Positions 32,009 to 42,300 of a stretch of DNA of 59,803 nucleotides are shown one piece after another; the first letter of the stretch is position 1; every line of letters starts with the position of its first letter. A program made the position numbers and the translations under genes. The notes under the pieces are model-generated. The model saw nothing but the letters and a program-made list of their open reading frames with translations, searched no databases and was not told where the DNA came from. Source of the stretch: a virus (Duplodnaviria; Caudoviricetes); the IMG/VR virus record IMGVR_UViG_3300008261_000020, positions 1 to 59,803 of that record, one strand, 5' to 3'.

Positions 32009-32056
32009 TTAATTAAATTTAATTTGTTACAAAATTATACAAAAAATAATTAACTT

Positions 32057-34492
32057 TTATCGTGGCTCAAATTCAGCCATATCAAATCCATCCAAACTAT
32101 CTTCATTAGATTCAAAATTCATTGGAGGTAAATTATTTTTTCTTTGATTTATTAATTTAGATTGCTCAGTATTTTGCTGACTTATTCTTTTAGCTTTTGC
32201 TTTCTCTTTCATATCATCCCTTGAGGTAACTGCAGACTGTTCAATTCCTGCAAGTTGCATGCTGTAATTAAACTCTTCAGCCATTAACATCCTCTTAAGA
32301 TTTGCTTCGTTCTTCATCTTCTCAATTTCAAATGCAATCTCAGCTTGTTTAAGTTGCATCTTAGACTGTGTTTCTGTTTGTAACTTTTGCATAGCTACTT
32401 GTGCCGCCAACTCTTGAGACTTCAATTGTTGTTGTGCAATCATTGCCTGCTTTTGCATTGCCATCTTTTCTTCCCTATCCTGCTTTTTCACCCTCTTCAT
32501 TTTGAGTAATTGATTGGCAAGTTTAAGGTTTTTAATCTCACGAATGTCAATTGCATCTTCAAGATTAATGTCACCCTTGGATAAAGCCATTTGTATGTTG
32601 GCTTCAAGTTGTGCCTTCTGCTCTTCATCAGGAGAAATCTCTATGAAAATACCAAAGTCATATATGTATAAGTCTTTAATCTCTTCAAGTATTGATACAT
32701 TGTATTTACCAATCTTGTTTGCAAAGTCATCTTTGAAGTCAGCATACTGCAATATGTCACCAACTCTATATGTTAAAGCCTCAGCCAATGACCTATAAAT
32801 ATATAATCCTCCCTCAAGGATATGACGAGTTGCTGTATTAGAGTTAAGTGCTGCAAGTTTTTGCACACCAACCAATGAATTGGGGTCAGGCATAGAGCCA
32901 TCCCTTGCTTCATTAAGTCCTGTTACAGACCTAATCATGTCCATGTAATGATTATAGTTAGCTATAAGCATTTGAGTCTTGCTTGCTCCTGAGTTAGACG
33001 TAAGCTGCTGAATAGGAACTCTTGCATTATTAAACTCACCATCTTGCGTATAACTACGTCCAATTACACTACCTGTTTGGAAATAAAGACGCAATGCATC
33101 TTCAGGATTATAAGCTTGACCTGTACCCAAGTCAACCTCATTAAGTCCATCAGCATCAATGAATACCCCGTCAGGAACTGTACGAGCAATAACTTGTTGA
33201 AGCTTAAGATGAGTCAATTGAATTAGGTCTGCAAATGGAACCATTCTTCTAACTAAAGATTCTATAACACCCTTATACATTCTTGGTGCTACAGCAACAT
33301 AGTTTGGAAGTGCATGCTGTGATGCAGACTTTGGTCTAACCATATTCTCAGCCAACTCCCACTTAAGTAGAATATTGGTTCCCATGACCATAACACCATC
33401 ATACCATACATCAATGGTCTTCTCAATCTTTTCAAAATTACCTTCCTGCATCATTTCAACAGGAGGATTAAAGGTATCGTCTTTAGGAATTATACGAGTT
33501 CCACCATTCTCAAGAATCTTCTTCTTGTAGACCATCTTCTTGGTGGTCTTATAGTTGAAGTACAATAAAGTACATGTGTCCCTATAAAACAAACTGTTTT
33601 CGTAAAAACGAGCTACGTTATAATAATCATACCAACTCTGAGAATACATTGAAATTTCTTGCAACTGCTCTCTTGTTAGAGTTGGGTCTATCTTCATTAA
33701 CTCTGTTATTGGAAGTGTCTTAATCTCACCCCAATAAAAACAATCTTGGAAGAATGGGTCTTCTGTATAGCTATATACAATGTTTGCAGGGTCTACGTAT
33801 GACACTTGAACTCCTGCACCCGGAAGAAACTCATGCTTTGCAACACCAATACCAATAACAGTTAAGTCGTAGTCAATTCTTTTACGAGTGTCTTGGTAGT
33901 GATTCTCATCAAATATTGTATTGATAGCTTCCTCTTCAGCTATTTCAATTGCAGGCTTATAGTTAAGCTGCATATATAAAGACAATTCTTCATCAGTCTC
34001 AGGCAATTCTTCAGGGTCCATTATAAATGGATTGACTCCTGTCTCTTGCTGTATTGTAGAAAGAACATCCTTCGCAGCCATTTGACCCTCAAGCATGTCT
34101 TGATACTTGCTTCTCTTTGCTTGAGACATTGCATCTTGTGAATAAGCCTTAACCTTAAAGAGTCTGTCAGACATACCATTAACTACAATGTCTACAAACT
34201 TAGGAAGGATAGGAACAGGGGTCCAATCAAGATTTAAGTAAGACAGGTCTCCGTCTATAGCAAGTTCATTCTTGTACTTCTCTACAGACTGCTCACCTCT
34301 TGCATACAAACGCAGTCTATTAAAGTCTCTCCACTGAGAATAATACCTACATTGATTGCCGTCTTTTCTAAACCATTCGTATTGGATGGCTTGACCAACT
34401 TGAAGTCCAAAAGCATCAGAAGCCTTTTCGCTATCTGAAACAAATTGACCGGGGAAGCCGGTAGCTGATATGTTAACTACTACATCTTTCAT
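32057..34492 (-). CDS. Portal protein
   Basis: 811 aa after the terminase; PILPKFVDIVVNG, TGLNEARDG; Gln-rich C-terminal barrel helix. Confidence 0.85.
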   Translation of the reverse strand: MKDVVVNISATGFPGQFVSDSEKASDAFGLQVGQAIQYEWFRKDGNQCRYYSQWRDFNRLRLYARGEQSVEKYKNELAIDGDLSYLNLDWTPVPILPKFVDIVVNGMSDRLFKVKAYSQDAMSQAKRSKYQDMLEGQMAAKDVLSTIQQETGVNPFIMDPEELPETDEELSLYMQLNYKPAIEIAEEEAINTIFDENHYQDTRKRIDYDLTVIGIGVAKHEFLPGAGVQVSYVDPANIVYSYTEDPFFQDCFYWGEIKTLPITELMKIDPTLTREQLQEISMYSQSWYDYYNVARFYENSLFYRDTCTLLYFNYKTTKKMVYKKKILENGGTRIIPKDDTFNPPVEMMQEGNFEKIEKTIDVWYDGVMVMGTNILLKWELAENMVRPKSASQHALPNYVAVAPRMYKGVIESLVRRMVPFADLIQLTHLKLQQVIARTVPDGVFIDADGLNEVDLGTGQAYNPEDALRLYFQTGSVIGRSYTQDGEFNNARVPIQQLTSNSGASKTQMLIANYNHYMDMIRSVTGLNEARDGSMPDPNSLVGVQKLAALNSNTATRHILEGGLYIYRSLAEALTYRVGDILQYADFKDDFANKIGKYNVSILEEIKDLYIYDFGIFIEISPDEEQKAQLEANIQMALSKGDINLEDAIDIREIKNLKLANQLLKMKRVKKQDREEKMAMQKQAMIAQQQLKSQELAAQVAMQKLQTETQSKMQLKQAEIAFEIEKMKNEANLKRMLMAEEFNYSMQLAGIEQSAVTSRDDMKEKAKAKRISQQNTEQSKLINQRKNNLPPMNFESNEDSLDGFDMAEFEPR

Positions 34493-36735
34493 CTAATAAG
34501 TTGACTTGTACTGCCACTATTACTATACCTTGCGAAATTAATACTTATTTTTGATTCTTTTTTCTCAGGTAAATATACGTGTTTTTGATTTGCCATTATC
34601 GCCAAGCCCGAACTAATTGAAGCATCGAACTTTGTTCTGTCGTTTATATCGAACTTAGCCCAATCCTCAAGCGTTCTTGTAAAGGGCATAGTTCCCATCT
34701 CATCGGGGTCCCTATAAGTACCCGCTAAGTCCATTCCTATATATTTCTCAATGTAAGACTCAATAGCAGATGCGTGTGCCTGCTTAACATCTTCAGAAGA
34801 GTTTGGTATACCGCCAAGCTCACGCTCAGTCTTAGTAAGTTTTGAGTAATGTTTGTCGGGTCTGTTCATGCAAAATGCCCTATATCCCCTGTTCTTAAAG
34901 TGATACAATAGCCTTGGCTTATTGTTCTCTACAAGTATTGGCATGCCATAAAACACACAAGCCATAAGCACTTCCTCAAAAAATATCTCAGCAGTCTGAG
35001 GTCGAGCTACATACTCAAGGAAGAATTGATTTACGGGAGCCTCCTCCATGTGATACTTGGTCATACCGTGAAGCGAACCATTAGAACCCCTTCCTCCAAC
35101 GACAGCAGATATATCGTAAGAGTCGCATCCAAAGGTACCAAGGTGTTCATTGCCGGGATACTTCATGCCGTTTCGGGTGCTTACACTATTTTGTATTTTA
35201 CTGTTAGGTATCCAACTCACTAAAAACCTGCCCCTACTGTCAGGAGTCCATACTACCTTTGAGTCCTTTTCTCCATCCTTCCAATGGAATGAACCCCTTG
35301 TTACATGCTGCTCTTTTATCAATGAGTCATTGTAGTCAATCTGTTGATATATCTTGGTTAGATTAAATAAAGAAGACTTGCTCTCGTCCCTAAAAGCATG
35401 GCTTTCTGTACGAGGAAACTGTCTATAGAATTCATTTAATGCATCTGAATCATTCTTTAACGATTCAACCTCAGCCTCCCAATAGTCTATAGCACCATTG
35501 GTTATTATATTACCATCGACTCCCCTTATAGGAGATTGAGGCTTTCTATATACGGGCATTCCATGTATATCTATAAACCCTTCCATGTTCCATTCCATTG
35601 GAATAAAAAGGGAATACATGCCACTCTTGGTCTGTCCATTAGCATTTCGTGAATCAAGACGTGAGTCTTCATAAAGCTTCTTGTAGTTATCACCACCTTT
35701 GCTTAATGCATTTGACGTAGACCCCATCATACACTTGCCAATAATCTTACTACCCAACCTAAGACAAGTCTTAGTAACTCGCCAATTGTTTAATATGTTG
35801 TTTGGCTTAACCCACTTGGCACTCTCGTCATGAGCCAAGAACAATAACTTCTCTCCATCGTATGAGTTTTCTTCAGTATTTTTCCAATCTATTGTAGTAT
35901 CAAGACCTTTAACCTCTTCATTATCAACATCATACATATTCTTTTTTGTTATCTTTGATGCGGGAACCCTATACGCAAGCTCGGTCTTTGGCTTGTCCAT
36001 ACCATCCATAACGGGTCTAAAGAAAAAAGGCAACCTACTATTTATAGGAACAACCTTATCTGTAAACATTTTCTTCGCATCAGCACCCGTCTTTGATAGT
36101 ATGCCTACACGAGCATCCTTTGCAAGCGTGCCTATGTTCACGCACTCTGATGATGACATGAATGAAAATCCCGAACGTCTTATCTTCAGGTATATCATCC
36201 CAAAGCATCTTGGGTCAGCCTTGCATGCCTCCCAAAATATAAAGAATATTCTATTTGCTTCCCTGTAATCAGGATACCCTATGTCAATACTCGACCATTG
36301 CAGGTACATCCAATGAGACCCCGTTATGTAAGTAGGGACTCCATTGTTCATAAACCAAAAACCTTGTTCCCTATAGTCAAACTGTTTTTCAATGTAGTCA
36401 ACCCACTTGTCCTTAAATTCAGCAGGCATATCATTCCATTGGAATATAGATTGAATCCTATCTAACTCTTTAGGTGTTGATTCTCTCTGCCAATACTGTT
36501 CAGAGTCTTTAGAGTGTCTTTGAAGACACTCACTTGGTGCAAGCGGAAGTGCAATATATAGTCCTGAAATGTTTACAACCTCACCTATTTGACCCGTCTT
36601 AGATATAACGACCATATCATACTGTTCATTATATCCATACTTCCAAGACCGCACATTGTTTTTCTTTCCAATGGCTGTCTTTGGGATATAGTCTTTAACT
36701 ATTCTATATATACTATTTTGACCTTCGTTCTGCAA
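34489..36735 (-). CDS. Terminase large subunit
   Basis: KIRRSGFS Walker A, HDESAK Walker B, GSTSN coupling motif, GCDSYD nuclease motif, VENNK. Confidence 0.88.
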   Translation of the reverse strand: MQNEGQNSIYRIVKDYIPKTAIGKKNNVRSWKYGYNEQYDMVVISKTGQIGEVVNISGLYIALPLAPSECLQRHSKDSEQYWQRESTPKELDRIQSIFQWNDMPAEFKDKWVDYIEKQFDYREQGFWFMNNGVPTYITGSHWMYLQWSSIDIGYPDYREANRIFFIFWEACKADPRCFGMIYLKIRRSGFSFMSSSECVNIGTLAKDARVGILSKTGADAKKMFTDKVVPINSRLPFFFRPVMDGMDKPKTELAYRVPASKITKKNMYDVDNEEVKGLDTTIDWKNTEENSYDGEKLLFLAHDESAKWVKPNNILNNWRVTKTCLRLGSKIIGKCMMGSTSNALSKGGDNYKKLYEDSRLDSRNANGQTKSGMYSLFIPMEWNMEGFIDIHGMPVYRKPQSPIRGVDGNIITNGAIDYWEAEVESLKNDSDALNEFYRQFPRTESHAFRDESKSSLFNLTKIYQQIDYNDSLIKEQHVTRGSFHWKDGEKDSKVVWTPDSRGRFLVSWIPNSKIQNSVSTRNGMKYPGNEHLGTFGCDSYDISAVVGGRGSNGSLHGMTKYHMEEAPVNQFFLEYVARPQTAEIFFEEVLMACVFYGMPILVENNKPRLLYHFKNRGYRAFCMNRPDKHYSKLTKTERELGGIPNSSEDVKQAHASAIESYIEKYIGMDLAGTYRDPDEMGTMPFTRTLEDWAKFDINDRTKFDASISSGLAIMANQKHVYLPEKKESKISINFARYSNSGSTSQLIR
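36514..36529. repeat. Dispersed palindrome GTGTCTTTGAAGACAC
   Basis: Exact motif in the terminase (CLQRH), arms extend to 36512-36531. Confidence 0.9.
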
Positions 36736-36991
36736 ATCCTTGTTTTGTATCTGTTCTCTTAACTCCGTTATCTATCATGTCAAGGCTTTCCTTCTCTGCA
36801 TCAATACGGTTAAGTATTTCAAATGCATCAAAGATGGCAAGCTTCTTTGTAGCAGCAGCATTCTTTAGTCTATCTGCCGCAAGCTCATCATCAGGGTCAG
36901 GCTTAATAATGTCTTCCTTTGCAACCTTTATAAGTTGCTCAACAGCCTGTCTGCCCGCCTCTATTATTCTAAGCTTTATGTCCCTACTCAT
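36713..36991 (-). CDS. Putative terminase small subunit
   Basis: Small helical protein directly upstream of and overlapping the large subunit; call is by position only. Confidence 0.45.
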   Translation of the reverse strand: MSRDIKLRIIEAGRQAVEQLIKVAKEDIIKPDPDDELAADRLKNAAATKKLAIFDAFEILNRIDAEKESLDMIDNGVKRTDTKQGFAERRSK

Positions 36992-37464
36992 TTGTCTTTC
37001 TTTAGAAATGCAACCTGTATTAAACGACTTAAATCTCCTTCACCAAAGTTTTCGTATATGTTACGAGAGTGTGGTAATGCAGAATCAAAAATAAGCATCC
37101 TATTAAATCTTGAGTAAGCAACAAACGCAGGTTTCATGTCGTGGTCATAAATTGTTGTGCCATCTTCAGGCGGAGCCTTTTCACTCAAATATAGAATAGC
37201 CGTTAAGTCTCCCATCATCTCATCGGTATGTACAAAGTTTGGCTCCTCTTGTCCCTTTGGAGACTTCCTAATAAAGTTCCAAACTACCTTATACTCAGGA
37301 AAAAAGTCATTTACGTATAAAGCAAACTCATCATTGTGGTCTCTTGGTTGAATGTTTTTAAATACATTAGCCCCATCATATATGTCCACAAACTCATTGT
37401 CGAGTATGTCTTGAACGTACTGTTCGGGGAATTGAATTACATTGTCTGATAAAATTAGATTCAT
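36988..37464 (-). CDS. 2OG-Fe(II) oxygenase-like protein
   Basis: HTD...AILYLS...GTT...FNRMLIFDS..PH...RL. Confidence 0.75.
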   Translation of the reverse strand: MNLILSDNVIQFPEQYVQDILDNEFVDIYDGANVFKNIQPRDHNDEFALYVNDFFPEYKVVWNFIRKSPKGQEEPNFVHTDEMMGDLTAILYLSEKAPPEDGTTIYDHDMKPAFVAYSRFNRMLIFDSALPHSRNIYENFGEGDLSRLIQVAFLKKDK

Positions 37465-38024
37465 AGTTTTATGGTTATTTGGTGGTCAAACATTCTATAA
37501 AGCTTTTCTCCATCTACAGTAAACTCATATTCACTGTCAGGCTGAAAGCAAACCTTGTCCCCCATTTTGACCCCTTGGGTCAGCAAGTATTGATTAGGAT
37601 AGACCATCTCCCCCATTAATGGCTCGTCCGTAAAAGGTTTCTTGACGTACGAATCAATAGCAGGAATAGGCTTTACAAAGCAATATCTGTCGTAAGTATT
37701 CCATTTACCGTCATGACGGTAAAGGAAGAATTGGTCAGGCTCTATAAAGAATATGTCATCTCTGAAAAAGCTTCTACCGCTTTTCTGCTTTCCACGCATG
37801 TCGTTGTAAAACTTAAACACATTGTGGTGAACAAGAAGTATGTCCCCTACTTGAACAGGACCATTATACTTTAAAGGAACTTCTACGACTTCTGCGTATC
37901 TGTTTGAGAACTTGTGGTCTTCTTCTGACGTGCTTGTTATTATTTCAATCCCACCTATCTCTTTTGTATTGTCGTATCTTTTTCCATTTACCGGCTTCGC
38001 TATGAAGTTAAATGGTGATTTCAT
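37461..38024 (-). CDS. Tandem GroES-like co-chaperonin
   Basis: Two GroES-like halves (FIAKP...AEVVEVP...VQVGD; FVKP...GEMVYP...VKMGDKV...VDGEKLY). Confidence 0.6.
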   Translation of the reverse strand: MKSPFNFIAKPVNGKRYDNTKEIGGIEIITSTSEEDHKFSNRYAEVVEVPLKYNGPVQVGDILLVHHNVFKFYNDMRGKQKSGRSFFRDDIFFIEPDQFFLYRHDGKWNTYDRYCFVKPIPAIDSYVKKPFTDEPLMGEMVYPNQYLLTQGVKMGDKVCFQPDSEYEFTVDGEKLYRMFDHQITIKL

Positions 38025-38251
38025 TAATAATTTATATTATATTCAATAGATACAGGAATTGTAGCATTAAACTCTTTCCAAAGAATTACTTCTTTGTTTT
38101 CATTGATAATGTAAATCTTGTAAGACTGTTTGGCGTCATCATACTTTATGAGATGAATCTTATTAGTCTCCCCAAGAACATCTTGACCAACAATGTAATG
38201 CATAGCCCCTCCCTTGTAGTCGGGACCAACAGATATTTTCCTTATATCCAT
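38024..38251 (-). CDS. Hypothetical phage protein
   Basis: IRKISVGPDYKGGAMHYIVGQ; abuts the next gene. Confidence 0.65.
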   Translation of the reverse strand: MDIRKISVGPDYKGGAMHYIVGQDVLGETNKIHLIKYDDAKQSYKIYIINENKEVILWKEFNATIPVSIEYNINY

Positions 38252-38263
38252 ATTAGATTAAAT

Positions 38264-38500
38264 TTAATGTACTACCCCTAAATAGTCCGTACCCGTTATC
38301 CTATATACATTACCTGCCACAAGACCCCCCGAAAGGGCAGCAGCATTGTTTGCATATACGGGAACATTTGGCAATGGCAATGATAGTATGTCTGCAATTA
38401 AAAAATTCTTAGTTGCATTAGCATCTTCTGCGTCTGTTCCTATAAGTTTGTCAGCAATAGTAACATTACCATCGGTGCTATAATTGTTTATCTTAGCCAT
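38264..38500 (-). CDS. Small virion protein sharing the fibre N-terminal domain
   Basis: N-terminal ~38 aa similar to 39363-43526 and 45590-46408. Confidence 0.6.
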   Translation of the reverse strand: MAKINNYSTDGNVTIADKLIGTDAEDANATKNFLIADILSLPLPNVPVYANNAAALSGGLVAGNVYRITGTDYLGVVH

Positions 38501-38841
38501 TATACCAAAGTTAAAAGATAAAGAGTTTCGTGAACAAGACCAAGCATCTCGTCCATAATGTTTTGCAAATCAGAAGAGTAGTTGTCTCTTTCTGCTTCAA
38601 TGATAGCTTGCATGCTCTTCATGTGAGATGTAGCGTCTTGGTTCTTTGCCTCAGGTATAATAAGCTCAACCCTTCCATTAGCACCAAAGTACTTTTCAGT
38701 AAATGAGTCTGTTAGGTCAAGAATCTTGTCGTAGTACATGCCAAGAGCTTTATGCTCCGCAAATGAAGTAGTCTGAAGATGAGCGATATGCATCATGTCC
38801 CTTGACTGAAAAAGTGTTCCGATGAATTTTCCCGGTGCCAT
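38500..38841 (-). CDS. Ferritin/Dps-like four-helix protein (DUF5856-like)
   Basis: HIAHLQTTSFAEHKAL..YYD...LTDSFTE.Y.G...LQNIMDE...YLLTL. Confidence 0.7.
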   Translation of the reverse strand: MAPGKFIGTLFQSRDMMHIAHLQTTSFAEHKALGMYYDKILDLTDSFTEKYFGANGRVELIIPEAKNQDATSHMKSMQAIIEAERDNYSSDLQNIMDEMLGLVHETLYLLTLV

Positions 38842-38842
38842 A

Positions 38843-39076
38843 TTATTGTTTTTTTTGTGTTATTTCTCCTGTCTTCATATTTATTACGGCATCAACTCCG
38901 TACTTATCTATGAGATACTTCTCATTCTCATCAAACTCTTGTTTTAACTTATCTATCTCCTTGAGCATCTCATGCTTAGTTAGCTCTATATCACCAAGAG
39001 TCATCTTGGCTTTGCCATACTTTGTATTCATTTCATGAATCTTGGCAAGTTCTTCCGATGTAATTTTATTTGACAT
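38843..39076 (-). CDS. Hypothetical coiled-coil protein
   Basis: KYG...INMKTGEI; start moved to MSNK downstream of TATATTTG (39081-39088). Confidence 0.65.
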   Translation of the reverse strand: MSNKITSEELAKIHEMNTKYGKAKMTLGDIELTKHEMLKEIDKLKQEFDENEKYLIDKYGVDAVINMKTGEITQKKQ

Positions 39077-39094
39077 ATTACAAATATACAATTA

Positions 39095-39352
39095 TTATAC
39101 GATTGGAGGTACTATTACTACCCCAATTGCTTCTGCTACATATCCATCAACTACGGTGTTATCCTGACCCCAAGCAGCAAATTGCTCTTCTGTCATCATG
39201 TAATTTCCTATGGCACACTGAAGTCCTTCAGCAGTATTTAAAGTCCAAGTCGTATCTGTAGTTAAAGCATTAGTTGGAAACGAAAAAACAGTTACATTTA
39301 GTACTGTTGCTTCTCCATAAATAGGAAAATTAATTGGTTCAATGTTTGACAT
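39095..39352 (-). CDS. Small fibre-associated protein
   Basis: Directly downstream of the fibre gene. Confidence 0.55.
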   Translation of the reverse strand: MSNIEPINFPIYGEATVLNVTVFSFPTNALTTDTTWTLNTAEGLQCAIGNYMMTEEQFAAWGQDNTVVDGYVAEAIGVVIVPPIV

Positions 39353-39362
39353 AATTATTGTT

Positions 39363-42300
39363 TTATTCTATATATATTGTTGCATTAACTGCATATCCTG
39401 TATTAGACACAGGGTTTGTTGCCCAAGCAGGACTATTTAATCTAATCTGAACTGTATCACCAACAGCAACAGCAATACTTAATGAAGCGTTATTCCAATC
39501 TCTTGTACTTGTACTAACTGATATTGTTTCAATAAGTGTTGCAGTTGTTCCATTAATAAGAATATAAGCACTCCAATTCTCAGACGAACCAACTGTTGAA
39601 AATGATGCTACAACATGTGCGGCTTTTATTGTTCCTGCTTTTGTTATATAAATAGGATTTATGTTCAAATTACTTGAAAGTGCTAAACTTGGACCCATTC
39701 CAATATAATATAGTACGTTATCAGCCCAAGTAAAGTTGGCAGTTGCAATTGCAAATGCTTGAATAGTATATCCAAGAGGAGTACCGCTTAGTATATTTCC
39801 TGATGAGTCAAATCCAAGAAATCCTACAGCAGTTCCTGTAAAAGCTGACGTTGATGTGTAGTTGTTAAGCTGTAATTGCCCTGTGGTTTTTAAAACAAGT
39901 TGAGATGTAGATGAACCACCTGCCGCAAATTTAATAGTGCCTGATGTAAAGTCGTTTAGTATTCCAATATCTCCTGCAACAGCTCCATTATACAAATATC
40001 CATCCTTAGCTGCTATAATTTTATACGCTGTTGTTGTTGTTGAATATTTTCCAATTGAAGTAGCTCCTGATGTAGCGTCTGATATTGCTGAAATTTGTGA
40101 TGATGATGATGTCCCGCTTGTTGTGTTTGATGCTGATATTGAAGTTGCTGCATTTTGGTTTCTACTTAATGTCAATGTACCTGTTCCTGATAAAGACATT
40201 ATGTTGGTTGTGCCTGCATACCATTTATGAAAAGATGAAGCAGATGCATTAGGTACTGAATACCATAATGTAGATGATTCTATACCTAAAGCAAAATCAA
40301 CATCTGTTGCACTTACTCCCGGAAATAATACAATCTTTGTTCCTGTACTCCTTGTTGTAGTTGCAGGAGCAGCAACACCATTTGAGTTGAAGTCTATCCT
40401 ATTTGCTGTAGCTCCATTTAAGTAAATCTGTCCACCTCCTGTTGCTGTACTATTAGCTGCTGTAACTGTTAACGCTCCTGTAAATCTTCCTGTACCATTT
40501 GCATCAAGTATAAATGTACTCTCTGTTACTGTACCTAAGAGCAACCTACCTGCTGCTGTTAAAGACATTTGTGCTGTTGTAGAACCGCCTGCTGCAAATT
40601 TAATTCTTCCGGTTGAAAAGTTATTTGCAAATACCATGTGACCTGAAGAATAATTTGTTATAGAAAAATCACCTGCCAAAAGTGGTGCAACAGGTGCTCC
40701 AAAACTTGTAGATAATTTTTGCATTTGTGCAGTTTTGTTTGAATCTGCTATAAAATTCATAACTGCTTGTGCAGATGTTCCTGTGGTTGTATTTTTAATT
40801 TGATGAACTACTGCTGCATTTACACCTCTTGTTATGTCTATATCTGCTGTTGGTGTTGCAGTTCCAATACCTAATCTATTATTAGTATCATCCCAAAAAA
40901 AACTTGCATTGTCTTGAGCAAGAACACCTGATGTGCCTGCAAACAATACCGAACCTACTGTTGCACCTGTAATACTACCACCAATAGCCATGCTGCCACC
41001 ACCACTATACTGTGGGATATTAAGAGTAGAGCCAATTAATGTAGCAGCACCTGATGTACCCGTTGTAGTTAATGTAATTGCATCTTGTTTACCATTAAAT
41101 GTATTCCAATCGGTAGAGCTAAGGTAACCATCAGTAGATGTAGTAGCCTGATTAATTCCGATTGTACCCGTACTTGTTATTGTACCGCCCGTAATTGGTC
41201 CACTTGTTCCTATGCTTGTAACTGTACCAACCGACCACGTTCTATTTGCAGACAAATCATAAGTTGTACCATTGATAGTAAGCGTAGTGGCTTCATTAGC
41301 AGGAGTATATCCAAGTGCAGTAGCTATACTTTTATTTTCCCAAAGCTGAGTAGATGAAGTGTAGAATAATCCTTCGTTATTAAGAGGAGTGTCTATGTAA
41401 ACATTATGAAGCTCATCAAGCTCCCACCCGTTCATTATCTTAACATAAATCTTACCATTGTTAACGTGAGCATACTCAACGTATCCCATTACGACAATGT
41501 GCCCTGTAGACCCATTAGGTTTAATATTTGTTAATGCACCCGGAGTAGTTGGACTTAGATACAATACATCACCATCAGCCCATGTTTCACCCTGTAATGA
41601 CCCCGTTGTGTTAACATCTAAAAGTTGACCAACACATAAGATAAACCCTTCTTGATTAGTTGGTATTGTTTCGCATACCAATCCAAGAGTGTCTGCACTA
41701 TTAGGGTCATCATCAGCTTGAGCATAAGCAACAGCTAACCTTTGACCTTGTGCACCACTAACACGCACTGCAGCATATCCTGCTTTTGTTAGTGTAGTAT
41801 TAGGAGTAACTTTATTTACAACCCTTGCCACCAAGTCAACACCATTCTTTAATAAAACATCGCCACCCTTTAAGGTTGTTTCGCTACTTCCTATTGTATT
41901 ATTCCACCTTGTTGTACCAACGGTAGCAGTTCCTGTAGGAGATACATCAAGAGTTAATTGACCTGCTGTAAGCCCCCACTCCCCAAGATTTACATCTTGA
42001 GTAGCACCGGTATAAGGAACATACCCTGTAAGACTTGGACCTGAAACAGTTAATATATTTCCTGAAGCATCAAACCCAAGGTATCCTACTTGGGTTCCCG
42101 TAAATGAACTTGTTGTTGTGTAGTATGGTAAAACAAGTTGACCGCTTTGTAAATTTTGACTTACAACATTGCCATTAATCTGCTGTAATACGTTACCGTC
42201 TGTATATGCATGGTATGTTTGCCTTGGGCTACCTACATTATTCATCTGAATGGTGTAGGTATATGTAGTGCCACCTGTATTTGTGTAGTTTATTGTACCG